Assembly (NCBI GenBank): GCA_044224095.1
Contig: JBGALC010000007.1
Location: 20,036-84,035, forward strand
Length of the DNA stretch: 64,000 nucleotides
DNA from: Micropruina sp.
GTDB taxonomy: Bacteria; Actinomycetota; Actinomycetes; Propionibacteriales; Propionibacteriaceae
Reading direction: 5' to 3'
Shown here: in pieces, positions 10,823-21,503 of the stretch
Layout of the letters: each line of letters opens with the position of its first letter
How positions within the stretch are numbered: position 1 is the first letter of the stretch
Program-made: the position numbers and the translations under genes
The notes under the pieces: generated by a model
The model's input: the letters and a program-made list of their open reading frames with translations, nothing else
Database searches by the model: none
What the model was told of the DNA's origin: nothing

Positions 10823-12694
10823 ATGGAGATTCTGCTGCTGGTGGTGGGTTGCGTCAGCACGGTGCTGGCGGCGACCTGGCTGTGTCGCCGGCTGCCGGTG
10901 CCGGCCCCGCTGCTGCTGTTGGTGATCGGTGCCGCCGGCTCCTACGAGCCCTGGTTCCCGCTGCCCGAGCTGACCGCCGAGATGGCGCTGTTCGGCTTCC
11001 TGCCGCCGCTGCTCTACGCGGCCGCCGTGAACACCTCGCTGGTCGACTTCCGCACCAACCTGCCCGCCATCGGCTACCTGTCGATCGGTTTCGTGCTGGT
11101 CTGCGCGCTCGGCGTCGCCCTGGTGATCACCGGCCTGCTGCCGGTTCCGTTCGCGGCCGCCTTCGCGGTCGGGGCGATCGTGGCACCGCCGGACGCAGTG
11201 GCGGCTGTCGCGGTGGCCCGGCGGGCCGGGCTGCCCCGCCGGGTGGTCACCGTCCTGGAGGGCGAGTCCCTGCTCAACGACGCCACCGCCCTGGTCGGCC
11301 TGCGCACCGCGATCGCGGCGCTCGGGGCGTCCGTCACCCTTGTCGAGGTGGGCACCGACCTGGCGCTCGCCGTCCTGGTCGGGCCGCTGGCCGGGTTCGT
11401 GGTCGCCAAGGTCTCGATCTGGCTGTTCGGCATCCTGACCGATGCGGTGACCAGCACCACGCTGACCTTCCTGATCCCGTTCGCCGCCTACGCGCTGGCC
11501 GAGAGCTTCCACGCCTCGGGCGTGCTGGCGGTGGTGGTCGCCGGCCTGATGGTGGGCCATGTCACACCGGTGGTGCGGTCCGCCCCGGCCCGGCTCTCCA
11601 CCTGGATCAACTGGTCGACCATCCAGTACGTGCTGGAGCACACGGTGTTCCTGCTGATCGGCCTGCACACCCACCAGATCCTGGACGCCGCGGCCGCCTA
11701 CCCGGTCTCCAACCTGACCATCGCCGGCGCCTCGCTGGCGGTGCTGGCGACCGCGATCGGCCTGCGGATCGTCTACGTCATGGTGGTCCGACCCTTCCTC
11801 GGCCGCAGCCATCGCCCCTTGTCGTGGCAGGAGGCGGCGATCATCTCGTGGTCCGGCATGCGCGGCGTGGTCACCCTCGCCGCCGCCCTGACGCTGCCGG
11901 TCGACACCCCGCTGCGCCCGGTGCTGCTGCTGATCGCCCTGGTCACGGTCGCCGGCACCCTGCTGATCCACGGCCTCACCCTGCCGCTGGTGGCCCGCCG
12001 GCTCGGCGTCCACGGCCCCGATCCACGCGAGGACGCCCTGCAGGAGGCGATGGTCACCCAGCGCTCGGTGACCGCCGGGGTGGCGGCGATGAAGGCCGCC
12101 GCCGGACCCGACGATGGCGACCTGCTGCTCGGCCTGAAGGAGTCGGCCAAGCGCCGGGTCGACCTGCAGTGGGAGCGGCTGGGCATGGCCCGCGCCGAGG
12201 TCACCGCGGAGAGCCGGGCGATGGCCCACCGCCGGCTGCGGCTGGTCGGGCTGGCCGCCGAGCGGACCAAGCTGCTGGAGATCCGCGACCGCGGCTTCGC
12301 CGATCACGAGGTGCTGAGCGCCCTGCTCGGTGAGCTCGACGTCGAGGAGGCCAGCCTGCTGTCCCGGGAGAGCCGGGAGCGCGAGGTGCGCGAGGCGCCG
12401 CTGCGGGCGACCGGCGGGGCGCCGTGCGCGCACCTGGACGCCGCACCGGCCGAGGTCGACTTCGAGGCGCACGGCGAGTGCCTGGACTGTGTCGCCGCCG
12501 GTCAGGATCCGGTCGAACTGCGGATGTGCCTGACCTGCGGGCACATCGCCTGCTGCGACTCGTCCCCCGGCCGGCACGCCTCGCAGCACTTCCGGCAGAC
12601 CGGCCACCCGGTGATGCGCTCGATCGAGCCCGGCGAGCACTGGCGGTGGTGCTACCTCGACCAGCTGCACGACGAGGGCCCGGACGACCGGTAG
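10823..12694 (+). CDS. Na+/H+ antiporter (CPA1) with C-terminal UBP-type zinc finger
   Basis: FLPPLLY, APPDAVA, LEGESLLNDATAL, WSGMRGVVTLAAA; C-terminal CxxC...LRMCLTCGHIACCDSSPGRHASQH. Confidence 0.9.
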   Translation: MEILLLVVGCVSTVLAATWLCRRLPVPAPLLLLVIGAAGSYEPWFPLPELTAEMALFGFLPPLLYAAAVNTSLVDFRTNLPAIGYLSIGFVLVCALGVALVITGLLPVPFAAAFAVGAIVAPPDAVAAVAVARRAGLPRRVVTVLEGESLLNDATALVGLRTAIAALGASVTLVEVGTDLALAVLVGPLAGFVVAKVSIWLFGILTDAVTSTTLTFLIPFAAYALAESFHASGVLAVVVAGLMVGHVTPVVRSAPARLSTWINWSTIQYVLEHTVFLLIGLHTHQILDAAAAYPVSNLTIAGASLAVLATAIGLRIVYVMVVRPFLGRSHRPLSWQEAAIISWSGMRGVVTLAAALTLPVDTPLRPVLLLIALVTVAGTLLIHGLTLPLVARRLGVHGPDPREDALQEAMVTQRSVTAGVAAMKAAAGPDDGDLLLGLKESAKRRVDLQWERLGMARAEVTAESRAMAHRRLRLVGLAAERTKLLEIRDRGFADHEVLSALLGELDVEEASLLSRESREREVREAPLRATGGAPCAHLDAAPAEVDFEAHGECLDCVAAGQDPVELRMCLTCGHIACCDSSPGRHASQHFRQTGHPVMRSIEPGEHWRWCYLDQLHDEGPDDR

Positions 12695-12713
12695 CGGGAC
12701 GGCACCCTTCCGA

Positions 12714-14129
12714 TCAGTAGAAGCTGGCGGTCACCTTCGACGTGCCGACCATGGCCCGGAAGCCGTAGATCGTGGCCGTCCCGTACCAGCGGCGTCCGTC
12801 GGTCGAACGGACGTCGAAGCGGACCTTGGTCTTCGCCGCGGCCTCCACCATGCCGCCGCCGACGTACTTCAGCTTGGCGCTGCTCCACTTGGCCCCGCTG
12901 CTGGTGCGATAGGAGATCGTGGAGGTGCGGAACTTCACCCCGGACGGCTGGCGGAACCAGACCGCGCAGCCGGACGGCCGCAGCGAGTTCTGCTTCAGGC
13001 ACCAGGAGTACTTCGACTTCACCGCCTTGAGGATCGCCGACTTGCCGGCGGAGCTGATGGACAGCTTCCCGCTGCCCGGCGTCTGGGTCTCCAGGTCGCC
13101 GACGGTGACCTTCGCCGACCCGTAGGACAGGTTCCGGTTGGTGGCGGTCACCGGGTAGACGCCGGGGAACAGCGAGACCACCGTCGCCTTGGCCGGCACC
13201 CCGGCCAGGCTGACCGGGGCCAGCGGCTGCTGCAGCCGGGAGAGGTCGACGCTGGCCACGATCTGGCCGAGCCGGAACTGGTCGCCCACCCGGGTCACCG
13301 GGAAGGTCGCCGTCACCGGCTTGCCGGCCAGGGTGTAGGTGGCCGACACGCTGGTGGCGTTCGGATCGCTCACCTCGCCGACCGCGACGTCGGAGAGCTT
13401 GCCGGCGGTGGCCTTGGCCAGCACCCCGTTGGTCAGGTAGCTGGTGTCGCCGGTCGGGGCGGCCGCCGCGAGGCTCAGCGCCGTCGTCGCGTCGCCGGCG
13501 CCGAGCGCCCGCAGGTAGGCGACCACGGCGTCCGAGGCCTTCGGGGTGGCCACGGTCGGCTGGTTCGAGATCGACGGCACCGGCTGGGACTGGCCCGAGA
13601 TCGTCGGGGTGGGGGTGGCCGAGTTGTTGTTCCGCACCGCCCAGAAGATGCCGGCGATCAGCGCCAGCCCGACCACACCGCCGACGATGCCGAGGACCAG
13701 CTTGTTCGACCGGCCGGACGGGTTCGGCGCCGGCGGGGGCGCACCCCAGCCCTGCTGGGGCGGCTGACCGCCGTAGGCTCCCGGAGGCGGGCCGTACTGT
13801 CCCTGCGGTTGGCCGTACTGGCTGCCGCCGTACGGATCGGTGCCGTAGCCACCGGGGTACCCGGCGGGCTGCTGCTGGGTGGGCTGCTCCGCCCAGCCCG
13901 CGGGCTGCCCGGGGGCCTGCTGCCAGCCCTGGCCCGCCGCCGGCCAGCCCTGCTCGGCGGGGTTGGCCGGCTGTCCGCCCCATCCCGCGCCGGGCGACCC
14001 GGGGGGCGGATAGCCGCCGGGAGCCGCCTGCCAGCCACCGGCGTCCGGGCCGCCGAAATTCTGCGGCGGCCGCTGCGGCTGCTGGGGGTCGGGGTTTCCT
14101 CCGCCCGGAAAAGGTCCGTTCTGACTCAC
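12714..14129 (-). CDS. Pro/Gly/Gln-rich single-pass membrane protein
   Basis: Low-complexity N-terminus, one TM helix, Ser/Thr/Lys-rich beta-type extracellular domain. Confidence 0.75.
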   Translation of the reverse strand: MSQNGPFPGGGNPDPQQPQRPPQNFGGPDAGGWQAAPGGYPPPGSPGAGWGGQPANPAEQGWPAAGQGWQQAPGQPAGWAEQPTQQQPAGYPGGYGTDPYGGSQYGQPQGQYGPPPGAYGGQPPQQGWGAPPPAPNPSGRSNKLVLGIVGGVVGLALIAGIFWAVRNNNSATPTPTISGQSQPVPSISNQPTVATPKASDAVVAYLRALGAGDATTALSLAAAAPTGDTSYLTNGVLAKATAGKLSDVAVGEVSDPNATSVSATYTLAGKPVTATFPVTRVGDQFRLGQIVASVDLSRLQQPLAPVSLAGVPAKATVVSLFPGVYPVTATNRNLSYGSAKVTVGDLETQTPGSGKLSISSAGKSAILKAVKSKYSWCLKQNSLRPSGCAVWFRQPSGVKFRTSTISYRTSSGAKWSSAKLKYVGGGMVEAAAKTKVRFDVRSTDGRRWYGTATIYGFRAMVGTSKVTASFY

Positions 14130-14212
14130 CTGCGTGTCCTTCCCGCTGTGAGCGAGATTCTACGGTCCCGGGTGCCCCGACTCGCGGGGCGCGCGGCGCT
14201 ATTCTCGGCCGC

Positions 14213-14590
14213 ATGCAACACGAGGACGTGAGCACTCGGTGGCCCGCCTGGGTCTACGAGGTCGGGGACGAACCCGATCCCCGGTTCAGCCTCGCCAATG
14301 AACGCACCTTCCTGGCCTGGGTGCGCACCGGCCTGGCCTTCGTCACCGCCGGTCTGGGCATCGCCGCCCTGGCCCACTTCGCCCCCGAGACCGGCAGCCG
14401 GTTCGTCATCGCGGGGGTGGTCATGCTGTGCTGCGGCGTCCTGTGCGGCTTCACCGGCTTCGCCCGCTGGGCACGCAACGAGCGCGCCATGCGGCTCGGC
14501 TCGCCGCTGATCCGTCCGTCGGTGCTGCCGATGCTTTCGGTGATCCTGCTGCTCATCGCCGGGCTCGCGGCGTTCACCCTGCTCGGCTGA
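14213..14590 (+). CDS. YidH/DUF202 family membrane protein
   Basis: PDPRFSLANERTFLAWVRT signature. Confidence 0.9.
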   Translation: MQHEDVSTRWPAWVYEVGDEPDPRFSLANERTFLAWVRTGLAFVTAGLGIAALAHFAPETGSRFVIAGVVMLCCGVLCGFTGFARWARNERAMRLGSPLIRPSVLPMLSVILLLIAGLAAFTLLG

Positions 14591-14943
14591 TGAACGGGCC
14601 GATCGAGCTCCCCGACCGGATCTGGGACCGGGGCCTGCAGCCTGAGCGGACCTCGCTGGCCTGGCAGCGGGTCAACCTGGCCGGTCTGGGCGCCAGCCTG
14701 GTCAGCGCCCGGCTGGTGGTCGAGATCTCGCCGGCAGTCGGCTACACCCTGGCGGCGCTGAGCGCGTCGGTGGCCGGCGTGGTGACCTTCGTGCACAGCC
14801 GCCGGCTGCGCCGCACCCTGGCCGCGCTGTTCGCCGGACGCCGGCTACCGGACGCCCGCGCCCACGCCCTGCTCGTGCTGCTGGTGGTGCTGATCGCGCT
14901 CGGCGGTCTTGTGTTCGTGGCCGCGTCGGTCGGCTCACGCTGA
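14590..14943 (+). CDS. DUF202 family membrane protein
   Basis: DRGLQPERTSLAWQR signature; TGATG coupling to the preceding gene. Confidence 0.85.
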   Translation: MNGPIELPDRIWDRGLQPERTSLAWQRVNLAGLGASLVSARLVVEISPAVGYTLAALSASVAGVVTFVHSRRLRRTLAALFAGRRLPDARAHALLVLLVVLIALGGLVFVAASVGSR

Positions 14944-15049
14944 CCTTCGTCAGCGACGTCCCGCCGGCGCTCGGGCTGAGCCGGCGGCGGTGTCGGTCGG
15001 GCGGTGTAGTCTCCGCGGCGAGCCGGGCACACTTGCGAAGGGCGGGCAG

Positions 15050-16339
15050 ATGACACAGCACACCCGGGAGCCGCGTGGCGCCCGGCCACAGCCGGCCACC
15101 GGTGGGCTGTCCATCGGGCAGGGCGTGGCACTGAGCATCGGTGCCGTCCTCGGCACCGGGGTCCTCACCCTGCCGGCGTTGGCCGCCGACGTGGCGGGCC
15201 CGGCGAGCCTGCTCTCCTGGCTGGCGCTGATCCTGCTGTCGGTGCCGCTGGCCGGCACCTTCGCGGCGCTGGGCGCCCGCTATCCGGATGCCGGTGGGGT
15301 GTCCACCTACGTCCGCAGAGCCTTCGGCGACCGGGCGGCGGCGATGGTGGGCTGGTGCTTCTACACCGCGGTGCCAGCCGCTGCGCCGGCCGCGGCAATG
15401 ATGGCCGGACGCTACGTGGCGGACGCTCTCGGCGGCGGCCGGACGACCGAGCTGGGCACCGCGGCAGTGCTGATCGGCGTCGTGTGGGCGCTCAACGCGG
15501 CCGGTCTGCGGCTGTCCGGACGGGTCCAGCTGACGGTGGCCGCGGCGCTGGCCGCGCTGATGGTGCTCACCGTCGCGGTCGCCGCCCCGCACATCCGCCC
15601 GGACGCCGTCGGCCCGCTGCTGCCGCACGGCTGGGCATCGGTGGCCGCGGCGGCCGGCCTGCTGGTCTGGGCCTTCGCCGGCTGGGAGGCGATGTCCTCG
15701 CTGGCCGGCGAGTACCGCGAGCCGTCCCGCGACGTGCCGCGGGCCACCGCGATCGCGCTGGTCGCCGTGGGGGTGCTCTACCTCGCGCTGGCCGCCACCA
15801 CCATCCTGGTGCTGGGTCCGCGGGCGGGTGCCAGCGTGGCACCGCTGTCGGACCTGATGGCGCTCGGCATCGGCCCGGCGGCCCGTCCGGCCACCGCGGT
15901 GATCGCGGTGCTGCTCACCATCGGGACGATGAACACGTTCTTCGCGGGTGCCGCGAAGCTGGGCGCCGCGCTGGCCCGGGACGGTGCCCTGCCGCGCTGG
16001 TTCGCCCGCGGCAGCAGCGCCGGCGCCGTGCCCCGGCGCAGCCTGCTGATCGTCGGCGGCGGTGGCGTGGCGTCCCTGACGGTCACCACCGTGGCGGGGC
16101 TCGACCTCACCGCCACCATGCTGCTGGCCACCAGTTCGTTCACCCTGGTCTACCTGCTCGGCAGTGCCGCCGCGATCCGGCTGCTGCCGGCCGGCTGGGG
16201 ACGGCGGGGCGCCTGGGTGGCCGCCGCGGCGTCCGTGGCGCTGGCGGTCAGCATCGGGTGGCCGATGCTGTGGCCGGCCGGGGTGTCGGCGCTGGCCGCG
16301 CTCTACCTGGCGGCGACCCGGCGCCGCCCGCGGACCTGA
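15050..16339 (+). CDS. APC-family amino acid permease (YjeH-like)
   Basis: GAVLGTGVLTLP, YPDAGGV, WAFAGWE motifs; many TM helices. Confidence 0.85.
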   Translation: MTQHTREPRGARPQPATGGLSIGQGVALSIGAVLGTGVLTLPALAADVAGPASLLSWLALILLSVPLAGTFAALGARYPDAGGVSTYVRRAFGDRAAAMVGWCFYTAVPAAAPAAAMMAGRYVADALGGGRTTELGTAAVLIGVVWALNAAGLRLSGRVQLTVAAALAALMVLTVAVAAPHIRPDAVGPLLPHGWASVAAAAGLLVWAFAGWEAMSSLAGEYREPSRDVPRATAIALVAVGVLYLALAATTILVLGPRAGASVAPLSDLMALGIGPAARPATAVIAVLLTIGTMNTFFAGAAKLGAALARDGALPRWFARGSSAGAVPRRSLLIVGGGGVASLTVTTVAGLDLTATMLLATSSFTLVYLLGSAAAIRLLPAGWGRRGAWVAAAASVALAVSIGWPMLWPAGVSALAALYLAATRRRPRT

Positions 16340-16367
16340 TCGGACGGCTCCGGGCGTTCCGAGGAGC

Positions 16368-17354
16368 TCAGCCGTCCTCTGGCAGCACGCAGCCCACCTG
16401 GCGGCGCAGCTCGTCGAGCACCCCCAGCACGGCGATGCTGTCGTCCAGGGTGAGCCGCGGGCTCTCGGTGACGCCCTCGCGCAGGCAGCGTTCCACCTCG
16501 AGGGCCTGGAAGTGCATGCCGCGCGAGGTGGGCCGCGGCTCGAAGGTCTCGGCGAGCTCCTGGCGTCCGGTGTAGCGGCGCACGGTGGTCCAGTTGTAGA
16601 AGGCGCCGTCGAGCTCGAGGTAGCCGTCGGTGCCGATCACCACACCGCGGGACGGGCCGGCGCTGAGCATCGTGGTGTGGGCCTCCGAGCGGGCGTCGCC
16701 GGCATGGGTCAGGATCGTCGACACCTCGGCGTCCACGCCGGTGGCGGTCAGGGTGCCCCGGGCGAGCACGTCGGTGGGCGTCCCGAGCAGGTCGAGCGCG
16801 AACGAGACGTTGTAGACGCCCAGGTCGAGCAGGGCGCCGCCGGCCAGCTCGGGGTTGTGCAGCCGGCCCCTGGGATCGGGGTTCAGCTTCTGGCTGTGGT
16901 CGGTGATCACCGCCCGCACCTCGCCGATCGAGCCGTCGGCGATCCGCCGCCGGACGAAGTCGGTGGAGGGCAGGAACCGCGTCCACATCGCCTCCATCGC
17001 GAACACGCCGCCGGCGCGGGCGGCGGCCGCGACCTGACGGGCCTGGGCGGCTGTCACCGTGAAGGCCTTCTCGACCAGCACCGGCTTGCCGGCCCCGATC
17101 GCCAGCAGCGCATGCTCGGCGTGGAAGTTGTGGGTGGTGTTGACGTAGACCGCGTCCACCTCGGGGTCCTCGACCAGCGCCCGGTAGCCGGCGTGCGCGG
17201 TCGGAATGCCGAACCGGTCGGCGAACGCCCGGGCCTTGGCGCCGTCCCGCGCGGCGACCGCCTGGATGCGCAGGCCCTCGGTCAGCAGGTTCTCGGCGAA
17301 GACGCCGGCGATGCCCCCGGCCCCCAGCAGGCCCCAGCGGATCGGGTCGGTCAT
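16368..17354 (-). CDS. Gfo/Idh/MocA family oxidoreductase
   Basis: IRWGLLGAGGIA, VLVEKAF, GGALLDLGVY; AAGGAG RBS. Confidence 0.92.
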   Translation of the reverse strand: MTDPIRWGLLGAGGIAGVFAENLLTEGLRIQAVAARDGAKARAFADRFGIPTAHAGYRALVEDPEVDAVYVNTTHNFHAEHALLAIGAGKPVLVEKAFTVTAAQARQVAAAARAGGVFAMEAMWTRFLPSTDFVRRRIADGSIGEVRAVITDHSQKLNPDPRGRLHNPELAGGALLDLGVYNVSFALDLLGTPTDVLARGTLTATGVDAEVSTILTHAGDARSEAHTTMLSAGPSRGVVIGTDGYLELDGAFYNWTTVRRYTGRQELAETFEPRPTSRGMHFQALEVERCLREGVTESPRLTLDDSIAVLGVLDELRRQVGCVLPEDG

Positions 17355-17436
17355 CGGTGTCTCCTTGGATCGGGTTCGGTCGAGTCTTTCAGATCGGCGC
17401 CCGGTGGCGGCTGCTCCTTCGGCCCCCGGAGGGCAG

Positions 17437-17505
17437 CCGCGGTGCCGCTCCCGAGGGGCACCGCGGGGCCGCTCCCGAGTTATGCCGCGGGGCCGCTCCC
17501 AAGTT
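17437..17505. repeat. ~24-bp degenerate tandem repeat x3
   Basis: CCGCGG(G/T)GCCGCTCCC(G/A)AG near 17438, 17461 and 17485. Confidence 0.7.
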
Positions 17506-17530
17506 GGGCCGGCGGGAGCGCTTCCGGGTG

Positions 17531-17815
17531 GGCCGCCGGAACCGCCCCCGCCGGTCCGGCACGGTGCGGCGATGCCGAGCTCCCCAGTTGGCCACCGGAA
17601 CCGCCCCCACCGGTCCGGCACGGTGCGGCGATGCCGAGCTCCCCAGTTGGCCACCGGAACCGCCCCCACCGGTCCGGCACGGTGCGGCGATGCCGAGCTC
17701 CCCCGTTGGCCACCGGAACCGCCCCCACCGGTCCGGCACGGTGCGGCGATGTCGAGCTCCCCAGTTGGCCACCGGAACCGCCCCCACCGGTCCGGCACGG
17801 TGCGGCGATGTCGAG
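17531..17815. repeat. 59-bp tandem repeat, ~4.8 copies
   Basis: Unit GGCCACCGGAACCGCCCCCACCGGTCCGGCACGGTGCGGCGATGCCGAGCTCCCCAGTT at 17531, 17590, 17649, 17708, 17767 with few substitutions. Confidence 0.95.
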
Positions 17816-17926
17816 ATCGCTCACCGGTGGACGGAAACCTCGCCGATCTCGCGTCCTGACCCGAAATCGGCGAGCTTTCCGACCATTGGACGACGATGTC
17901 GAGATCGCCGCAGGGCCGGGATGCGC

Positions 17927-18032
17927 GGATGCCCGGGCCGACGCGTCGGTGCACCGACCGGATGCCCGGGCCGACGCGTCGGCGCTCCGACCGGATGCCC
18001 GGGCCGACGCGTCGGCGCACCGACCGGATGCC
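17927..18032. repeat. 33-bp tandem repeat x3 with internal palindrome
   Basis: GGATGCCCGGGCCGACGCGTCGG(T/C)GC(A/T)CCGACC at 17927, 17960, 17993; contains CCGACGCGTCGG. Confidence 0.9.
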
Positions 18033-18133
18033 AGGGGCAGCGACGGCATGCCGGCCGGGCACGGCATCGCCCCGGGGGACGACGGCGTCCGCCCGACATC
18101 GACCGGAAGGCTGCGGAGCGGGGCGGGCCGCCG

Positions 18134-18985
18134 TCAGTACAGCACCGTGGCGAACTGACCGGCCACGGTGAACCCGGTGCGCAGATAGGTGCGGACCGCC
18201 CGGGTGTTGAAGTCGTTGACGTACAGCGACACCACGTCGTGCTGCTCCAGGATCAGCCGGGTGGCGGCCGCCATCGCGGGTGCGGCGAGGCCGCGTCCGC
18301 GCAGCCGCGGGTCGAGCCAGACCCCCTGCACCTGGGCGATGCCGCCGCAGCTGATGCCGACGTCGGCCTTGAACACCACGGTGCCGGCGTCGTCGACGAT
18401 GCCCCAGGCCCGGCCGCTCTCCACCAGCCCCTGGCAGTGCATCCGATAGCCGGCCCGGCCGCCGCCGGAGGTCGGGTCCACCCCCACCTCCTCGGTGTAC
18501 ATGGCCACCGCCGCCGTCAGGTAGGAACCGAACTCGGCCATCGTGATCCGCCGCACCGGGGCGTCAACCGCCTCCAGGGTGATCTCGCGGGCGACCATCA
18601 GCGGTTGCCGCGGACGGATCTCGCGCTGCCCGGCGTAGCTGCGGCTGTGGACGGCGAACGCCCGGTGCAGGGCGAGCGCCGTGGCGCTCTCGCCGACGAT
18701 CGACTGGCACCAGCGGTGCGGGCCGATCGCCTCGGCGAACCCCGCGATCGCCGCGTCCCGCTCGTCCGGCAGGCAGCGGGCGAACACCGGCACCAGGTTC
18801 GAGCCGGCGTGCAGCAGATGCCGTGGGGCGTCGCCGGGCCAGCCGTAGACGGTGGCCGGCGAGCCCTGCCAGAGCACCCCGGCGTCCACCCGGGAGGAGA
18901 CGAAGACGTTGCCCACCGGATCGGCCGCCAGCAGGCCCCTGACGAGCGCGTCGTCGCGCGTCGTCAGGACCCGCGCGCGGCTCAT
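18134..18985 (-). CDS. GNAT family N-acetyltransferase (DUF4081-type)
   Basis: QVQGVWLDPRLRGRGLA, SLYVNDFNTRA; usual position downstream of ispG. Confidence 0.88.
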   Translation of the reverse strand: MSRARVLTTRDDALVRGLLAADPVGNVFVSSRVDAGVLWQGSPATVYGWPGDAPRHLLHAGSNLVPVFARCLPDERDAAIAGFAEAIGPHRWCQSIVGESATALALHRAFAVHSRSYAGQREIRPRQPLMVAREITLEAVDAPVRRITMAEFGSYLTAAVAMYTEEVGVDPTSGGGRAGYRMHCQGLVESGRAWGIVDDAGTVVFKADVGISCGGIAQVQGVWLDPRLRGRGLAAPAMAAATRLILEQHDVVSLYVNDFNTRAVRTYLRTGFTVAGQFATVLY

Positions 18986-19001
18986 TCCCGAGGTTCCCGG
19001 T

Positions 19002-20153
19002 TCAGCTGACCGACACCATCGGCGCACCCTCGGGCGCCCCCTCCGGGGCCTCCTCGGCGAGCCGGTTGGCCTCGGCGATCAGGGTCTCGACGATCTGGTC
19101 CTCGGGGACCGTCTTGATCACCTTGCCCTTGACGAAGATCTGTCCCTTGCCGTTGCCCGACGCGACCCCGAGGTCGGCCTCGCGGGCCTCGCCCGGGCCG
19201 TTCACCACGCAACCCATCACCGCGACCCGCAGCGGCACCTGCAGCCCCTCCAGGCCCTTGGTGACCTCCTCGGCCAGCGTGTAGACGTCCACCTGGGCGC
19301 GTCCGCAGGACGGGCAGGAGACGATCTCCAGCTGCCGGGGCCGCAGGTTCAGCGACTCCAGGATCTTGATGCCGACCTTGACCTCCTTGGCCGGCGGCGC
19401 CGACAGCGACACCCGGATGGTGTCGCCGATGCCCTTGGACAGCAGCGCGCCGAAGGCGACCGCGGACTTGATGGTGCCCTGGAAGGACGGCCCGGCCTCG
19501 GTGACGCCGAGGTGCAGCGGGTAGTCGCAGGCCTCGGACAGCATCTCGTAGGCGCGCACCATCACCACCGGGTCGTGGTGCTTCACCGAGATCTTGAAGT
19601 CGCGGAAGCCGTGCTCCTCGAACAGCGACGCCTCCCACAGCGCCGACTCGACCAGCGCCTCCGGCGTCGGCGCGCCGTACTTGGCCAGCAGCCGCTTGTC
19701 CAGCGAGCCGGCGTTGACGCCGATCCGGATCGACACCCCCGCATCGGACGCCGCCCGCGCGATCTCCTTCACCTGGTCGTCGAACTGGCGGATGTTGCCC
19801 GGGTTGACCCGGACGGCCGCGCAGCCGGCGTCGATCGCGGCGAACACGTACTTCGGCTGGAAGTGGATGTCGGCGATCACCGGGATCTGGCTCTTCTTGG
19901 CGATGATGAACAGCACGTCGGCGTCGTCCTGGCTGGGCACCGCCACCCGGACGATGTCGCAGCCGGTGGCGGTCAGCTCGGCGATCTGCTGCAGGGTGCC
20001 GTTGATGTCGGTGGTCTTGGTGGTGGTCATCGACTGCACCGAGATCGGCGCGTCGCCTCCGACCAGCACCTTGCCGACCCTGATCTGCCGGGTCGGCCGG
20101 CGCGGGGCCAGGACGGGGGGCGGCGTGGCGGGCATGCCCAGGTTGACGGTCAT
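19002..20153 (-). CDS. ispG: HMBPP synthase IspG
   Basis: [46 protein letters not shown]. Confidence 0.98.
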   Translation of the reverse strand: MTVNLGMPATPPPVLAPRRPTRQIRVGKVLVGGDAPISVQSMTTTKTTDINGTLQQIAELTATGCDIVRVAVPSQDDADVLFIIAKKSQIPVIADIHFQPKYVFAAIDAGCAAVRVNPGNIRQFDDQVKEIARAASDAGVSIRIGVNAGSLDKRLLAKYGAPTPEALVESALWEASLFEEHGFRDFKISVKHHDPVVMVRAYEMLSEACDYPLHLGVTEAGPSFQGTIKSAVAFGALLSKGIGDTIRVSLSAPPAKEVKVGIKILESLNLRPRQLEIVSCPSCGRAQVDVYTLAEEVTKGLEGLQVPLRVAVMGCVVNGPGEAREADLGVASGNGKGQIFVKGKVIKTVPEDQIVETLIAEANRLAEEAPEGAPEGAPMVSVS

Positions 20154-20206
20154 GGACTCCTCGTTCGACAACAGTGCAGCGGCCTGGACGACCGCCGCCA
20201 GACAGC

Positions 20207-21424
20207 CTACTCGCGCCACTCCACCAGGAACTCCGCGATCCGGCCGATCGCCTCGGTGAGCACCCCGGCGTCCGGCAGGGTGACCAGCCGGAAGTGGTCG
20301 GGCGAGGGCCAGTTGAAGCCGGTGCCGTGGGTGACCAGGATCTTCTTGGTGCGCAGCAGGTCGATCACGAACGCCTCGTCGTCGGCGATCGGATAGACCT
20401 CGGGGTCGAGCTTGGGGAAGCAGTACAGCGCGCCCATCGGCTCGACGCAGCTGACCCCGGGGATCTCGTTGAGCAGCCTGGCGGCCAGCTTCGACTGCTC
20501 GTAGAACCGGCCGCCGGGAACGATCAGCTCGTTGACCGACTGGTAGCCGCCGAGCGCGGTCTGGATGGCGTGCTGGCCGGGCACGTTGGAGCACATCCGC
20601 ATGTTCGACAGCAGGGTGAGGCCCTCGAGGAAGTCGGTGGCCAGGTGCCGCGGACCGGAGATCATCACCCAGCCGGCCCGGTACCCGCAGACCCGGTAGG
20701 CCTTGGACAGGCCCGAGAAGGTCAGGCACAGCACGTCGTCGCCGGCGAAGGTGGCCGCGTGGTGATGGACGGCGTCGTCGAAGATGATCTTCTCGTAGAT
20801 CTCGTCGGCCATCACCACCAGGTCGTGCCGGCGGGCGATGTCGATCAGGCCGCGGACGGTGTCCTCGCTGTACACGGCCCCGGTCGGATTGTTCGGGTTG
20901 ATGATCACCAGCGCGTGGGTGCGGTCGGTGATCGTGGCCTCGATCGCCTCCAGGTCCGGGTTCCAGCCGTTGCTCTCGTCGCAGCAGTAGTGGACGGGGA
21001 CGCCGCCGCACAGCGTCACCGCGCCGGTCCACAGCGGGTAGTCGGGGGCGGGGACGAGGATCTCGTTGCCGTCGTCGATGAAGGACTGCAGCACCATCAT
21101 GATCAGCTCGGAGACTCCGTTGCCGATGAAGACGTCGTCGACGGTGGTCCTGGTGAGCCCCTTGGACTGGTAGTACTGGGCGACCGCGGTGCGCGCCGAA
21201 TAGATGCCGCGCGAATCCGAATAGCCCTGCGACTTGGGCAGATGGTGGGCCATGTCGGCGAGGATGCCCTCGGGTGCGTCGAACCCGAAGGGGGCGGTGT
21301 TGCCGATGTTGAGCTTGAGGATCTTGTGTCCCTCGGCCTCCAGCCGCTGAGCCTCGACCAGGATCGGACCCCTCACGTCGTAGCGGACGTGCTGCAGCTT
21401 CTTGGACTGGACGATGCGACGCAT
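20207..21424 (-). CDS. alaA: PLP-dependent class I aminotransferase (AlaA-like)
   Basis: [40 protein letters not shown]. Confidence 0.88.
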   Translation of the reverse strand: MRRIVQSKKLQHVRYDVRGPILVEAQRLEAEGHKILKLNIGNTAPFGFDAPEGILADMAHHLPKSQGYSDSRGIYSARTAVAQYYQSKGLTRTTVDDVFIGNGVSELIMMVLQSFIDDGNEILVPAPDYPLWTGAVTLCGGVPVHYCCDESNGWNPDLEAIEATITDRTHALVIINPNNPTGAVYSEDTVRGLIDIARRHDLVVMADEIYEKIIFDDAVHHHAATFAGDDVLCLTFSGLSKAYRVCGYRAGWVMISGPRHLATDFLEGLTLLSNMRMCSNVPGQHAIQTALGGYQSVNELIVPGGRFYEQSKLAARLLNEIPGVSCVEPMGALYCFPKLDPEVYPIADDEAFVIDLLRTKKILVTHGTGFNWPSPDHFRLVTLPDAGVLTEAIGRIAEFLVEWRE

Positions 21425-21503
21425 GGGGGTCAGTGTGACAGTTGGGCACCCGCGGGTTCCGCCAGGCTCAACCAGCGGCGTCCGGCTCCTGCCGTCGGCG
21501 TAC

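Noticed and set aside
17531-18032. CRISPR array
   Set aside because: Units repeat head-to-tail with no unique spacers, and there are no cas genes in the window
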